Source: Malacoraja senta
Lineage: Eukaryota
Length of the DNA stretch: 64,000 nucleotides
Reading direction: 5' to 3'
NCBI GenBank assembly: GCA_038087875.1
Contig: JAXLNO010000239.1
Span: forward strand, 124,001 to 188,000
Made by a program: the position numbers and the translations under genes
Notes under the pieces: generated by a model
Databases searched by the model: none
Told to the model about the DNA's origin: nothing
What the model saw: only the letters and a program-made list of their open reading frames with translations
Part shown: piece after piece, positions 50,245 through 64,000 of the stretch
Layout: the number at the start of each line of letters is the position of its first letter
How positions within the stretch are numbered: the stretch's first letter is position 1

Positions 50245-51700
50245 TAGTTAATGTAACCCCACTTTTTAAAAAGGGAGGGAGAGAGAAAACGGGAAATTAC
50301 AGACCATTTAGTCTAACATCGGTAGTGGGGAAAATGCTAGAGTCAGTTATTAAAGATGGGATAGCAGCACATTTGGAAAGTGGTGAATTCATTGGACAAA
50401 GTCAGCATGGATTTACGAAAGGTAAATCATGTCTGATGAATCTTATAGAATTTTTCGAGGATGTAACTAGTAGAGTAGATAAGGGAGAATCAGTGGATGT
50501 GTTATATCTGGACTTTCAGAAGGCTTTCGACAAGGTCCCACATAAGAGATTAGTATGCAAACTTAAAGCACACGGTATTGGGGGTTCAGTATTGATGTGG
50601 ATAGAGAACTGGCTGGCAGACAGGAAGCAACGGTAGGAGTAAACGGGTCCTTTTCAGAATGGCAGGCAGTGACTAGTGGGATACCGCAAGGCTCAGTGCT
50701 GGGACCCCAGCTATTTACAATATATATTAATGATCTGGATGAGGGAATTTAATGCAACATCTCCAAGTTTGTGGATGACACGAAGCTGGGGGGGCAGTGT
50801 TAGCTGTGAGGAGGATGCTAGGAGGCTGCAAGGTGACTTGGATAGGCTGGGTGAGTGGGCAAATGCATGGCAGATGCAGTATCATGTGGATAAATGTGAG
50901 GTTATCCACTTTGGTGGCAAAAACAGGAAAGTAGACTATTATCTGAATGGTGGCCGATTAGGAAAAGGGGAGATGCAACGAGACCTGGGTGTCATGATAC
51001 ACCAGTCATTGAAAGTAGGCATGCAGGTGCAGCAGGCAGTGAAGAAAGCGAATGGTATGTTAGCATTCATAGCAAAAGGATTTGAGTATAAGAGCAGGGA
51101 GGTTCTACTGCAGTTGTACAGGGTCTTGGTGAGACCACACCTGGAGTATTGCGTACAGTTTTGGTCTCCTAATCTGAGGAAAGACATTCTTGCCATAGAG
51201 GGAGTACAGAGAAGGTTCACCAGACTGATTCCTGGGATGTCAGGACTTTCATATGAAGAAAAACTGGATAGACTCGGCTTGTACTCGCTAGAATTTAGAA
51301 GATTGAGGGGGGATCTTATAGAATCTAACAAAATTCTTAAGGGGTTGGACAGGCTAGATGCAGGAAGATTATTCCCAATGTTGGGGAAGTCCAGAACAAG
51401 GGGTCACAGTTTAAGGATAAGGGGGAAGTCTTTTAGGACCGAGATGAGAACATCATTTGTTACACAGAGAGTGGTGAATCTGTGGAATTCTCTGCCACAG
51501 AAGGTAGTTGAGGCCAGTTTATTGGCTATATTTAGGAGGGAGTTAGATGTGGCCCTTGTGGCTAAAGGGATCAGGGGGTATGGAGAGAAGGCAGGTACAG
51601 GATACTGAGTTGGATGATCAGCCATGATCATATTGAATGGCGATGCAGGCTCGAAGGGCCGAATGCCCTACTCCTGTACCTATTTACTATGTTTCTATGT
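50245..51700 (+). mobile_element. Young CR1 LINE (RT domain to 3' tail) inserted in an oppositely oriented CR1 (~49945-51830)
   Basis: ORFs 50232-50636 (QHGF..GKSC..NL...YLDFQKAFDKVPH) and 50676-51608; few disruptions. Confidence 0.95.
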
Positions 51701-54191
51701 TAATTCTGAGGCTATGACCTCTAGTTCCAGACTCTCCCACTAATGGAAACATCCTCTCCAGATCCAATCTATCCAAGTCTTTCACTATTCTGTATGTTTC
51801 AATGAGGTCCCCCCTCATTCTTCTAAACTGATTAAGTGGAGAATGTTTGAGGGGTAGGAAATACATTAAAGTATGCTGCATCGCTTGTATGTGATAATGA
51901 AGGGAAGCGGGTCTTGGGTGATGAGACACATGTGATTTGTGAAATCATGGCTGTTGGTGGAATGAACTCACTTTGACACAACATACTGAGACTTGTGAAT
52001 TTTTCCAGATCCTCAGCCACTTCCTGGGTGATGGTCCAATAGCATTCACATGTTCTTTAATTTCTTCCTATTGTCCATAGATATGATGACATGAAGGCTT
52101 CCCACCCATTAGAGAGAAGAGAATGGCAATTATCCCTGCCATCCGCCTCCAAAAGGTACATAGTTCTTTAAACGTGCTGTCACAGGTAGGGTGGGGGTGA
52201 TCAGGAAGGATTTTGGTACTAGTCAGGGTACTGAGTATAGAAGTTGGGGTGTTATGTTGGAATTGTACAAGACATTGGTGGATCTGAATTTGGAGTATTG
52301 TGTTCAGTTTTGGTTACCCTGCTATAAGAAGGATATAGTAAAGCTGGAATGAGTGCAGAAGAGATTTATGATGCTGTTGCCAGGTCTTGAGGGACTCAGT
52401 TAAAGGGAGAGGTTGGGCAGGCTATAATCCTTGGAGTGCAGGAAGATGAGGGGTGATCTTATAGAAATGTATAAGATCATGAGGGGATTAGATAGGCTGA
52501 ATGCACAGAGTATTTTATCCAGAGTAGGGAAATCAAGAACCTGAGGACATGCATTTAAGGTGAGAGGGGGAAAATATAATAGGAACATACCTTTAAAGGA
52601 TGCACCTTTAGAAAGATGAGGTGGGATTTTTTTAGTCAGAGGGTGGTGAATCTGTGGAATTCATTGCCACATACGGCAGTGGAGGCAAAGACACTGGGTA
52701 TTTTAATGTGGAGATTGACAGATTCTTGATTAGAAAAAATGTCAAGGGTTACGGAGAGAAGGCAGGAGAATGGGGTTGAGAGGGAAATATAGATTGGTGC
52801 TTTTAAAAGGCAGGTACCACTGACTTGGCAACTATGGTTCAAATTACCCAGGAGTGCATAAAGAGAGACAATCAGCAGCTCGCCCCTACTTGCTCAGTTC
52901 TGAAAATGACCTGTTCACAAGGCCATTTTATAATGCTTCAGAGGTTTCTCTATGTTTTCTTTGTGTTGTTTTAGCTCTGACCTCTCCTGTCACTTTGTCA
53001 CCTTCTGGCTGTATGTGATAGAGATTAATCCACAGCTTTAAAAAAAACTAAGGCCGCAGCTCCTAAGGAAATGGTGCAAAGAGTGGTATTATAAATTTAG
53101 TCGGTTGGTTTGCTTCAACATGATTAGTCACTGTTGGTAGGTTTTTTAGCAATTTCCTGACAGTCTTGTGCACAGATGGTTTTTTTTTGCCAATGTGGGA
53201 CTGCAGTTGATACATTGCATTTCACATAAATATTCCTTTGCAGCACCTTTATTCCTGTTTCCAACATTACATTAGTTTCCAGGTATCATATGAATTGGTG
53301 CTGCCTAGATTAGGAATTGACCCCAATCTCACGGTATTAGCCTCTGGTTGACATTTTCCTACACAATATTCAAGAGTAATTCTTTGATTCATTTACTTCG
53401 AAGCCAATTTTTTTTTGATAGCGTTCCATTCAAAGCATATCATGGATCCATTGCACCCACGGTTACAAGTAGGATAATGGGGTTTCATTGCGAGAAGTTC
53501 TAATCTTAAAATGGCTGTGTGGATATTAATTCTGTTGATTAAATGCATTGGAAATATAAACTTGAATTTAATGATAGAATTGGGGTTGTTTGTAAAAGCC
53601 CAGTGGTTTTCAGAAAAGCCCTTCTTGATGAGATACCTGTTGCCTTTTCCAGGCAGGCAGATATGTGACTCCACACTCACAGTCATTGACTCCGACTGCC
53701 CAGCAAGATACTCAGTTTTATCAAAACTCCTGCACAAAAAAAAATTGGATAGGCCACCCAAAATCAACCAAGTGATTTGGACACAGACACAATGTCATTC
53801 CAAGTTGCTCACATATCCTTACATAGAAATGTATTTCAATCCATTCATTCCTGATGGAAGAATTCCAGAACTCATTTAATAACACAGTGACAATATCTTT
53901 ACCATACAGCCTGCAGTCATTCAGAAACATCACTCACCAGTAGTATCTGGAGGATATTTTGAGACTGGTAATGAACAATGGGCCTTGCCAGATGCACTCG
54001 CGTCCCATGAATAAATAAATAAAAAACAAGGATTTTAAAAAATCTTTTTATCCTGCTGTTTAGTATCTCTATTTTACAGAAACTTCAAATGCAAGATTAT
54101 TCTCTGCTGCTATTTTTGATAACAGTTAATTTTCTTTGTGTTATATAGCACACCTCCTAACACCCAATAAAAACACATGAAATTTGCTTAT

Positions 54192-54508
54192 TTAGTTTAG
54201 TTTAGTTTAGAGATTAAAGTGCGGAAACAGGTTGCTCGGTCCACCATGTCTGCGCCGACCAGCGACTCCCGCCCACTAACACTATCCTACACACACATGG
54301 GACAATTTACATTTATACCAAGCCAATTAACCTACAAACCTATACGTCTTTGGAATGTGGGAGAAAAAACGGAGATTCCGGCGAAAACCCACGCAGGTCA
54401 CAGGGAGAATGTACAAACTCCGTACAGACAAGCACCCATGTTCAGGATCGAAACCGGAACTCTGACTCTATAGAGCAGCAACACTACCACTGAACCACCG
54501 TGCTGCCC
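54192..54508 (-). mobile_element. HE1-type SINE
   Basis: Family core with (GTTTA)n tail on +. Confidence 0.85.
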
Positions 54509-55784
54509 TGGTTCAGTATCTGACATTCATTCCATCCTATTTTATCTATTAACCCTTGAAAATGCATCGCTGATACTGGTAGCCTTTACATGTAAATGAT
54601 CATCAGCAGCCAATATTGTCAAGGTGTCTGTATCTCTTCTTCACAACTCAACCCCAACAGCAAATCTTTATTGAAAGGATTTAATTTAATGTGTTAAAAC
54701 ATGTAAAATGATTCACAGAATCATGACAGTCACAATTAACAATAAGCCAACAAAGGGAACATTAGTTCAAGTGATCCAATCTTTGGAAAATGAAATAGGT
54801 TTAAAAGAGTGGGTTAAAGTAGAGTGAGGAAGGAAGGTGGAGACATTTAAGAAGGGAATTGTAGATCTTGGTGTCTGGACAGCTGATGGCAAGGTTAGCA
54901 ATGCTGGAACAAAGAAGTCACACATTTACAAGAGGCCAGAATTGAATGAAGCCAAACTTCCCAGAGTTATACAGCTGAAGAAGGGAGCAAGATCATGAAG
55001 GGATTTAAACACAAGGATGAGAATTATTTATTAAAGTATTGTCGAACAGCAGTTGGCCTAGACTTTCATCCTTCGGTATTAGTTCTAAATACTCTGTACA
55101 AGTAAGATACAGTTGCTTCAGCACGTTGTACGCTGTCTCTGATATTTAAACCACTGATTTAATAGAATGAATGTTGAAGGCAGAATAAAATATGTTGATA
55201 ATACATATTTAACATATTTAACTTAAGTGCATTTAACTTTCTCGATCATGGATGAATTTCACGCTGGTCATTGAGGATATGTTTGAAAAGACTCATGCGT
55301 GAGTTAAGATACAGGCAATAGGATTTTGGACAATCAGTTGTAGTTATTATTCCATGGGAATTTCTCTGTCCGATACAAATTGGAGATTGTACTTAATTCG
55401 AGACCAACCACAGTTTCTTTTTTATGTTTTGTTTCCTGAATAATAATTCTGAGGCATGTTCCTCTTTCACTCTGATGGAATAGCAAGCAGCTTTCAACCT
55501 TCCCGGCCAGTGACCATGGCCACTAATGTTGTTGCATTGTTGTGCCTAGGTGACAACTGGAGATATTCACAATGCTTTACAGTTTTCCAGCTACTTTATG
55601 TGAGTTATTTATCTGCTGCTAATTATGTTTCATATCTGTGAAGAGAGAAAGCAATTAATGTTACAAATTGATGGCCTATCATCAGAACTGGGTAAAGTTG
55701 GAAAATAAGTATATTTTGTTTTGGCAAAAAGAGCAATGTTGGAAATAAGACCAATTCAGACTTATGAAATAATGCATTAGAACT

Positions 55785-56795
55785 GCCCCCTCCCATTCCC
55801 ACAGTGACCTTTCTGTCCTGGGCCTCCTCTGTTGTCAGAGTGAGGCCCAGCGCAAATTTGAGGAACAGCACCTCATATTTCGCTTGGGTAGCTTACACCC
55901 CAGCAGTATGAACATTGACTTCTCTAACTTCAACCAGCCCTTGCTTTCCCTCTCTCTCCATCCCCTTCCCTTCCCAGTTCTCCGACCAGTCTTTGGGGCT
56001 GTCCCACTTGGGTGACCTAATTGATGAGTTTAGAAGAGTTTAGGAGAGTTTGAATTTTTTTTAATGTTGAAGACCTCCTTCGACTATGTAGAAGACCTCC
56101 TTCGACCTCTTTCGACTATGTTGAAGACTAGCTTCGACCAGCTATGACTAGCTACGACTAACTTCGGGAAAATTGGACACAGAATAGTGGAGAGTGAAGA
56201 CGACCTCTTTCGATCTCCTTCGACCTCCCTTCGACCTCCCTTCGACTATGATGAAGACTATCTACAATTACCTTCGACTACTTTTGACTACCTTCGATTA
56301 CCTATGACTAACATCCCGACCTACTACGACCTACTACGACTAAATCTACGAGTAAAAAATGTATCGATTTTTTCCATGGCGACCTTTTTTACTTGCGGGC
56401 ATTTTTCAACATGTTGAAAAATATGCCGCGACCTAGCCGAGGCCTCGAGTACACAGGGACTACTCTCGAGCATGAATGAGAGTTACAAAGACCTCCTACG
56501 ACCTCGTGTCGACCATGCTGCGAGTATGAGTCGAGTGCAAACTCACCAGAACTCGCGGATTAGGTCGCCCAAATGGGACAGCCCCTTTACTGTCTCTGAC
56601 TACATTTTATCTCTGTTTGCTTTGTTGTTACCTTCTCCCAACTAACAATGATCTTTTCGACATTTTCCTTGATCTCCATTCCCTTTGTACTATTTTTACA
56701 CCTTACTCTTCCTTATCTATGTACCGCTCATTCCCCTGACATCAGTCTGAAGAAGGGTCTTGACCCGAAACATCACCCATTCCTTCTCTCCAGAG
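55785..56795 (+). mobile_element. Penelope-like 3' fragment interrupted by a MITE
   Basis: Homologous to 38140-38520; ends with CTGAAGAAGGGTCTTGACCCGAAACATC. Confidence 0.85.
55995..56585. mobile_element. PIF/Harbinger-like MITE with internal short repeats
   Basis: TIRs GGGGCTGTCCCACTTGGGTGACCTAAT / ATTAGGTCGCCCAAATGGGACAGCCCC; shares a 22-bp palindrome with the 22051 MITE. Confidence 0.8.
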
Positions 56796-59099
56796 AAACA
56801 CATCACTTTATTTATCTTGGGGACTGGATACAGTTTCAATTTAAATTATTGTCACGTACACCGAGGTACAGTGAAAACCTTTTGTTGCATGCTGACCATC
56901 CAGCTGAAAGATAATACATGATTACAATTGTTTGCTCCATATAACCCAGTAACCAGAGCTCACACAATAATCCAAACATGGTCTAACCAAAGTTTAATAC
57001 AGTTGCAACATGTATTGCCAACTTTTATACTCAGTTCCCTACATTAATGCTTCAAAGGGACCTGTCTTTTACTGTATACTCTTCTCTTACATTTGACCTC
57101 CCGAAATGCACCATCTCACACTTTTCTGGATTAAATTCAGGCAGGTTATTACTGTTTCTCCTTTCCTCTACAGGTGCTGCCTGCCCTGTTGAATTACCCC
57201 GGCGCATTTTTTTTGCTCAATTTTCCAGTATCTTTAGTTTAGTTTATTGTCACGTGTACCGAGGTAGAGTGAAAAGCTTTTTTTGCATGCTAACCAGTCA
57301 ACAGAAAGACAAAACATGATTACAATCGAGCCATTTACAGTGTATAGATTCATGATAAGGGAATAATATTCAGTGCAGGGAGCCTCTTTTCTCAACAAAT
57401 AACAATAGATTGATTGTGATTTGGATGTTGAGTATAGAAAGAAACAATATCTAATTTCGAAGTATATTTTCTTTAGTTTTATTCTCCCAGCAATTTTTTC
57501 AAGTGGTTGATCCATCCTTGTTACAATCAACTATTAGCCATTTCCCTGCTAAGTTAGAAGTAAAACAAACAGTGGTAACATATAATCACTGCTGCTCTGT
57601 ATCCTACTATATAGATTCAATTGTACCAAGGATTTAATGCAATCCTTGATATTAGTATATCTACTTAGTCACTCAGTTGACAAAATCCCATCTTTTCCAC
57701 GAAGGTCACTTACAATATTGTAAGGAACTACATTTTGCAATGCACATTATAAAGAATAAAATGTTGAAGTGAATTCCAAGCAACAAAACAGGTGGATCAT
57801 GTCCCTGCTGAAGGTGCTTGGTAATAAGGCCTTGCATATCTGCAATCATACTAATTCCTCAACTCATTCTGACAACAACATTAAGCGTAGGTTATGCCGG
57901 ACGGGAATAATTTTCCAGATAGTCCTATTCGTCTTCTTATCAGCTGCACTATGTTTAACACAGTTGATTCCACCTTCCCTAGTCCCAAGATTCTGCTTTG
58001 TTGCCTCTTCTTCACCAATTGAGAAACGCAGCTTATAAAGTGCAGTTCCTCTATCACAAATGTCCTGTTTCGTCAGAACTGCAGATCCCCAGTCAGAGTG
58101 ACTAACCTACTACAATGTTTGTGTTTTCACTTCCGTAGCACTTGTCTGTTTTGCAGCTTCTTGTAAGCAACATGCTGGATCGCATTCCCAGTTATATTCC
58201 TGTACTCCCAAGAGTAGAGTAGTGTGTGGATGCTGAGTCAAGTACTTTGTCCTCAAAGAGGATTTCCTGATTTTTCACAGGAACACCAGTCAAAATACTC
58301 CAACATCTCACGCAGCACAAGCACAGTGCACCTTAAATTAAAATGAGCTCTGTTAATTTATGATGCTACCTTCCGTGCACATGCTCATTGTCTGCATATT
58401 TTATTCATCTGTGTAAAGAGAATTCTTAGAACTCTAAGCTAATAAATGCTAAAGTCCAGGTGATCCCCTCAGTTCATCTTTTAGCCAGTGTAACTCTGTT
58501 ATTCTACGTACTTGATACTTTATGTTCTGCACTTAGTAGTATAGGGAAGACGATGCTTACAATCGGACCGGATCCTGGCTGGACCAAAAGCTTTTCATTT
58601 GAGTAGCAGAAGCGTTAATATATACTGGTGCACTGAACCTTTTTTTGAATGCAAGAAATTAACTCTGACTGGCTTTGCAACTTTTGGCAGCGGAATTCTC
58701 CTGTGCTGGTGAAGTTTGTACCATTTGACCTCTTCAGCAGACTTCACTGGGGTCAGGTCACTGTCTTACTCACCCTGCTCTGCCTGTGCTAACCCTTCAT
58801 CAGGTATCACTCCTGCCTGACTCACCCCAGGAGTTATTGCAGTTCTGTTAAATTTGTAATGCACAAGAGACCAAGTTACTTGTTCTGTGTTTCGAAGGGA
58901 ACAATGTGAGTTTGACTCACTCTGCTCATAATGTCAATGGAAATGCTGATTGTAATTGCACTTTGTTATTCTAATGGCATCCCTGTTTCAAATGTTTCTA
59001 CATGTCATGCTAATGGTGATGACTTTTAAATATGTTTAATCCTTTTAAAATGTTTCTTGCCCATGCATGTTTCAATCAGTATGTTGAATTAACTAGTTC

Positions 59100-59388
59100 T
59101 TTAGTTTTAGTTTTAGAGATGAAGCATGGAAACAGGGCCTTTGGCCTGCCATGTCCACACTGCCCAGCGATCCCCGTACACTAGTTCTATCATGTACACC
59201 AGGGACAAGTTACAGAGGTCAATTAACCTGCACGTCTTTGGAATGTGGGAAGAAACTGAACACCCAGAGAAAACCCACGCGGTCACAGGGACAAAGTCTA
59301 AACTCCGTACAGCACTCATAGTCACGATTGAACTCGGGTCTCTGGCACTGTAAGGCAGCAATTCCACTGCTGAGCCACTGTGTCGCCC
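59100..59388 (-). mobile_element. HE1-type SINE
   Basis: Family core and tail. Confidence 0.85.
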
Positions 59389-59409
59389 CTAGTGTGCCAC
59401 GTGGATTAT

Positions 59410-60485
59410 CAGATCCTGTTTATACCAATGATTTAGATTATGAGAATGTGCAAGGCATGATTAGTAAGTTTTCAGGTGACACCAAAGTAGGTGATATTGT
59501 AGATAGTGATGACAGTTATCCAAATTACAACAGGATCTTGATCTGCACGACAAGTGGGCTGATGGATAGCTAATGGCGTTTAATGCAAATAAGTGTGAAG
59601 TGTTGCATTTTGAGAAGTCAAACCAAACCCTTCCCAGTGAATGGCAGGGCCCTGGGGAGTGTTGTAGAGTGGATGGATCTGGAGTAGAAGATCTGGAAGT
59701 AGAAGGTAGACACAAAGAGCTGGAGTAACTCAGCGGGACAGGCAGCATCTCTGGAGAGAAGGAATGGGTGATGTTTCGGGTCGAGACCCTTCTTCAGACT
59801 GTTAGTATAAGTACATCATTTCTTAGAAGTAGCATTGCAGGTTAAAAAAAGGTGCTCAAGAAGGCTTTTGGCACACTGGCTCTTATCAGTCAAGGAATTC
59901 AGTATAGAAAATGGGATGTTATGTTACAGTTCCACAAAATGTTAGTGAGGTCTCACGGAGTTTTGTGTTCAGTTTTGATCATCCGGATATAGAAAAGATG
60001 CCATTAAGCTGGAAAGGGTGCAGAGGAGATTGACGAGAATGTTGCCAGGACTCAACAACCTGAGTTATAAAGACTGGTTAGGCAGGATAAAACGTATTCC
60101 TCGGAGTGCATGAGGCTGAAATGCGATGTTATAGAGTTGTATAAAATCAGGAGGAGAATGGATAGTGTACATGCATAGTCTTTTTCCCAGGGTAAGGAAA
60201 TCAACCACTAGAAGGCATAGTTCTAAGGTGAGAGGGGAAAGATGTAATAGGAAACTGAGGGTCAAACTTGTCACACAGAGGGTAGTGAGGTATATGAAAC
60301 AAGCTGGCAGAGGAAGCAGTTGAGGCAGGTACAATAACAATATTTAAAAGGCATTTGAACAGGTACATGGACAGGAAAAGTTTGGAGGGATAAGGGCCAA
60401 ACATGGGAAAATGGGACTGGCTTAGAAGGGGCATCTTGGTCTGCATGGACAAATTGAGCCGAGGGGCCTGTTTCTGTGTTCTATA
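59410..60485 (+). mobile_element. Decayed CR1 with a nested Penelope-terminus insert (~59706-59801, - strand)
   Basis: ISKFSGDTK through the 3' UTR; the insert reads CAGTCTGAAGAAGGGTCTCGACCCGAAACATCACC on the minus strand. Confidence 0.8.
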
Positions 60486-61526
60486 AAAGATAGGACCGCA
60501 ACCTTCTTCCTGCATGGCTGGCATTATCATTCTTCTTTTTCTGAAAGGATCCTGGTAACATCACACAGAAGTTAGCTAGAGTGATTTTCCAAAGTGTCCA
60601 ATGCCATATCTGTGCTCTGTGATTATCCTGGTGATTTACATACACCATCACATTGCTTTTGTGGTTGTATATGGGGATCTGACATAGAGGCTGTCAACTC
60701 TGGCTGACAAACTACAGTACACAAAATGAATAGATCAGCCATGATCGCAATGAATGGCGGTGCTGGCTCGAAGGACCGAATGGCCTCCTCCTGCATCTAT
60801 TTTCTATGTTTCTATGTTTCTAATACTAATTGCCAAAGAAGAAATAGGTGTAATATGCTTTGGTTGTCATCATCAGTCAGGGCATTGAGTATAAAAGTCA
60901 GGAAGTCATGTTGCAGCTTTATAGATCTTTGGTTAGTCCGCATTTGAAGTATTGTGTGCAGTTCTGGTCACCCCATTATAGGAGGGATGTAGAGGTTGTG
61001 GAGAGGGTGCAGAAGAGGTTTACCAGAATACTGCCGGGATTAGAGGATGAGAGGGCATTAGCTATAAAAAGTGGTTGGGCAACCTTGGATTGCCTTCTCT
61101 GGAGCATTGGAGGCTGAGGGAAGACATAGATAGGGAAGATGGTTAGAACCTTTGTCCCAAGGTGGAACTGTCAAAGAGAGAGGGCACACCAGTAAGTTGA
61201 GAAGGGCCAGATTTAAAGATGTGTAGGCCAAGTTTTTTACACAGAGGGTGATGGGTGCCTGGAACATGCTGTCAAGAGTAGTGGTGGAGGCAGAAACATT
61301 AGTGGCTTTTCAGAGGATTTTAGATAGGTACAAGAATATGCATGGAATGATGTATGTTCATATGCAGGCAGAGATTAATTTAACCTGCATCATGGTTAAG
61401 AACATTGTGCTGTACTGTTCTATGTTCTGTTCTATTTTCTAAAATAAGAGGCAACAGATAACTAACATTGCCTGCCATTGAAAATGGCGCCAAGCTGGTG
61501 ACTCTGCATACTCTGGGTGACTGGTT

Positions 61527-61842
61527 GGTACAGTGGCGCAGTAATAGAGTTGCTGCCTTACAGCGCTTTCAGCACCAGAGACCTGGGTTCGATACCGAAT
61601 ATGGGTGTTGTCTGTATGGAGTTTGTGCCTTCTCCCCATGACCACATGGGTTTTCTCCAAGATCTTCGGTTTCCTTCCACACTCCAAAGACCCGCAAATT
61701 TATAGGTTAATTGGCTTTGTATAAATGTAAATTGTCCCTAGTATGTGTAGGATAGTGTTAATGTGTGGGGCTCACTGATCGGCGGGGACTTAGTGGGCCG
61801 TAGGGTCTGTTTCCGCGCTGTATCTCTAAACAAAATAAACTA
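61527..61842 (+). mobile_element. HE1-type SINE
   Basis: tRNA-like head, core and CR1-like tail. Confidence 0.88.
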
Positions 61843-62164
61843 ACTGTCTCAGTGTACTACTGCTGTACACTTGTACTGTATCTAAGATGCTTATCTAATA
61901 TGTATCTAAGTGTTTATGTATAGTGATACTGGTGCTGAACTGTATACAAAAATGAATTTTACTACAACTCGGTACATGTGACAAATAAAGTACTATAAAC
62001 ATTATAGTTCCATGAGACAGCCTTCCACTTGCCTAGATACCTTATGGAAGAGTCCTATTGGTGACGGGCAAATAAATATTGGAGCCGTGGGAACAACCAG
62101 AGAAACAGATCACCAAGAAATTCACCAGGCCTACAGTACATGATCTCCTGGTTCCCAAACACTA

Positions 62165-62665
62165 ACTCCCACTCCCACTCCCACACTGACCTTTCTGACC
62201 TGGGCCTTCTCCATTGTCAGTGAGGCCAAATACAAATTGGAGGAACAGCACCTCATATTTTGCTGGGGCAGCATACACCCCAATGATATGAACATTGATT
62301 TCTCTAACTTCAAGTAACCCTTTCATCCCCCCTCTCTCTCTGTCCCTCCCCCACCCCAGTCATCACTGTAGTCCTGTTGAGATTCATTGTATGTATAACT
62401 CGTTATCACCTAGCCCATTGTGGGCTCCATATTTCCTTGATCATCATTACTTTTTTACATATCTTTCATTCATTTTGTTCTATATCTCTCTACATCGCCG
62501 TCTATATCTCTCGTGTCCCTTTCCCCTGTCTCTCAGTGTGAAGAAGGGTCTCAACCCAAAAGATCACCTGTTCCTTTTTTCCAGAGATGCTGCCTGTCCT
62601 GCTGAGTTAGTGCAGTTTTTTGTGTCTATCTTCGGTTTAAACCAGCAAATGCTGTTCCTTCCCAC
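62165..62665 (+). mobile_element. Penelope-like 3' fragment
   Basis: Homologous to 38140-38598; hammerhead-like core is degenerate. Confidence 0.82.
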
Positions 62666-64000
62666 ACATCAGGAAATATATTTACGTTAGTGTTTAATAA
62701 AATGGTTATCTGTTACCATTGACATACAAAGTGTGTAGAAGTCTAAGCCTAAAATGTTAGTTTTGTTCCTCTTAACCCAGATCCTGCCTGACCTGCTGAG
62801 TGTTTCCAGCAATTTCTGATTTTCCAACAGATACTTTTAATTTGCATTGAAAATGTTCAAGTATTTTTGTATTAATCCTAATATTTGCCCATACTGCGCC
62901 TTTCAAATTGGCCCAAACAAAGAAAACAAAGTTAAGTCTATGATGTTTCCATGTCATTCTTGAGGTGTAGGCTTTTGCTTTTATTATTTTCCACCAGATA
63001 TTCTTCTTAGGTTCATGTCATCCAACACAGACTGCATTCCTTGATTAGAAATTAACATGACAAAACACTAAACTGCCCAAGTTATAATGTTAATATCATT
63101 TTGAATCTATTGAAAACAAAATCACATATTAAAGTATAATTGTTCTCTGCTTTTTAACTGGCTGCTGCCTGTATTTTGCTAACTTTTCAAAATGATTGAA
63201 AGAATAAATCATGGCCATGTCTTTTATTCCAGACAAATGCAGCTGCTTTTAAGTGAATGCGAATTTGCTTAACAATTCAAAATAAATGTTCCCAGAGCAT
63301 AATATTATTATTATAATATATTAATTAACAATTCATTTAGATTGCATTAATATTCCGTGGGATATTTAGAAAAAGGCATTTGCTGGTCTCCTGTTTTATT
63401 TTGTCAGAAAAAGTTATGTCTGTGTGCTAGTTTAATTCAGCTGAAAAACACCATTAAGATTCATTAAAACATTCCATGGTCGTGGATGCATCAGCAGTAT
63501 TGCTTTTCTGCCAAAACTCATTCAGTTCTTGCAAGATACTAATTCTTGTTGCAAAACAATGAATACAATTGGCAATGCTGACACTGACACTATTTTTCCC
63601 TCGCTGCCAGAGTACCAAATAGTCACAGCTGCAGAATGGTTTTAACACTGACATAAGAAAAAGGAAAGAAATGGGCCATACAGCACTTTGATAATTTATG
63701 GCTGATCCTTAATCATAATTCCTTCTCTTTCATCACTCTCATCATCCGAGAATCTTTCAATCTCCACCTTAAATATACTCAGTATCCAAACCCACCCACC
63801 ACCTTACCCCGCCACAGGTAGAGCACACTAAAGATTGACTACCTTCTGAGGGAAGAATTTTTCCTTATTATATGTTTCTTCTGAAATGGTCATCCACTGG
63901 TTCCAAGTTAAAGACGAGAAGGCTGAAAATACTCAACAAGTAGGACAGCATCTATGGAAAGAGAAACCGAGTTAATGATTGAAGTCAATGACCCTCTACT

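Noticed and set aside
22600..64000. KDR or other host-gene exons downstream of KIT
   Set aside because: No kinase-like or other host coding exon was recognised on either strand

Overview
Vertebrate genomic DNA, most likely a cartilaginous fish (skate/ray-like, judged from HE1-type V-SINEs and CR1/Penelope repeats). The + strand from 2276 to 19456 carries exons 9-21 of the receptor tyrosine kinase gene KIT, with GT-AG junctions and an open spliced frame running from Ig domain 5 through the transmembrane segment and split kinase to the stop codon. A ~3 kb putative 3' UTR follows, then ~42 kb of repeat-rich intergenic DNA with one 200-N gap. Mobile elements include many CR1 LINE pieces and HE1 SINEs, a deleted DIRS tyrosine-recombinase retroelement in intron 13, a full-length but decayed Tc1 transposon, an L2 LINE, Penelope-like elements and two related MITEs. 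The top finding is a ~145-bp non-coding retroelement present twice (28598-28744, 36859-37000). Each copy has its own target-site duplication (TSD) and an (AAG)n tail, and its first 54 nt fold by eye into a minimal HDV-like self-cleaving ribozyme. The second finding is a family of palindromic Penelope-derived mini-elements centred on a minimal hammerhead-like motif and inserted with 15-17-bp TSDs. All structures were read manually; no searches or folding programs were run, and novelty is unverified.
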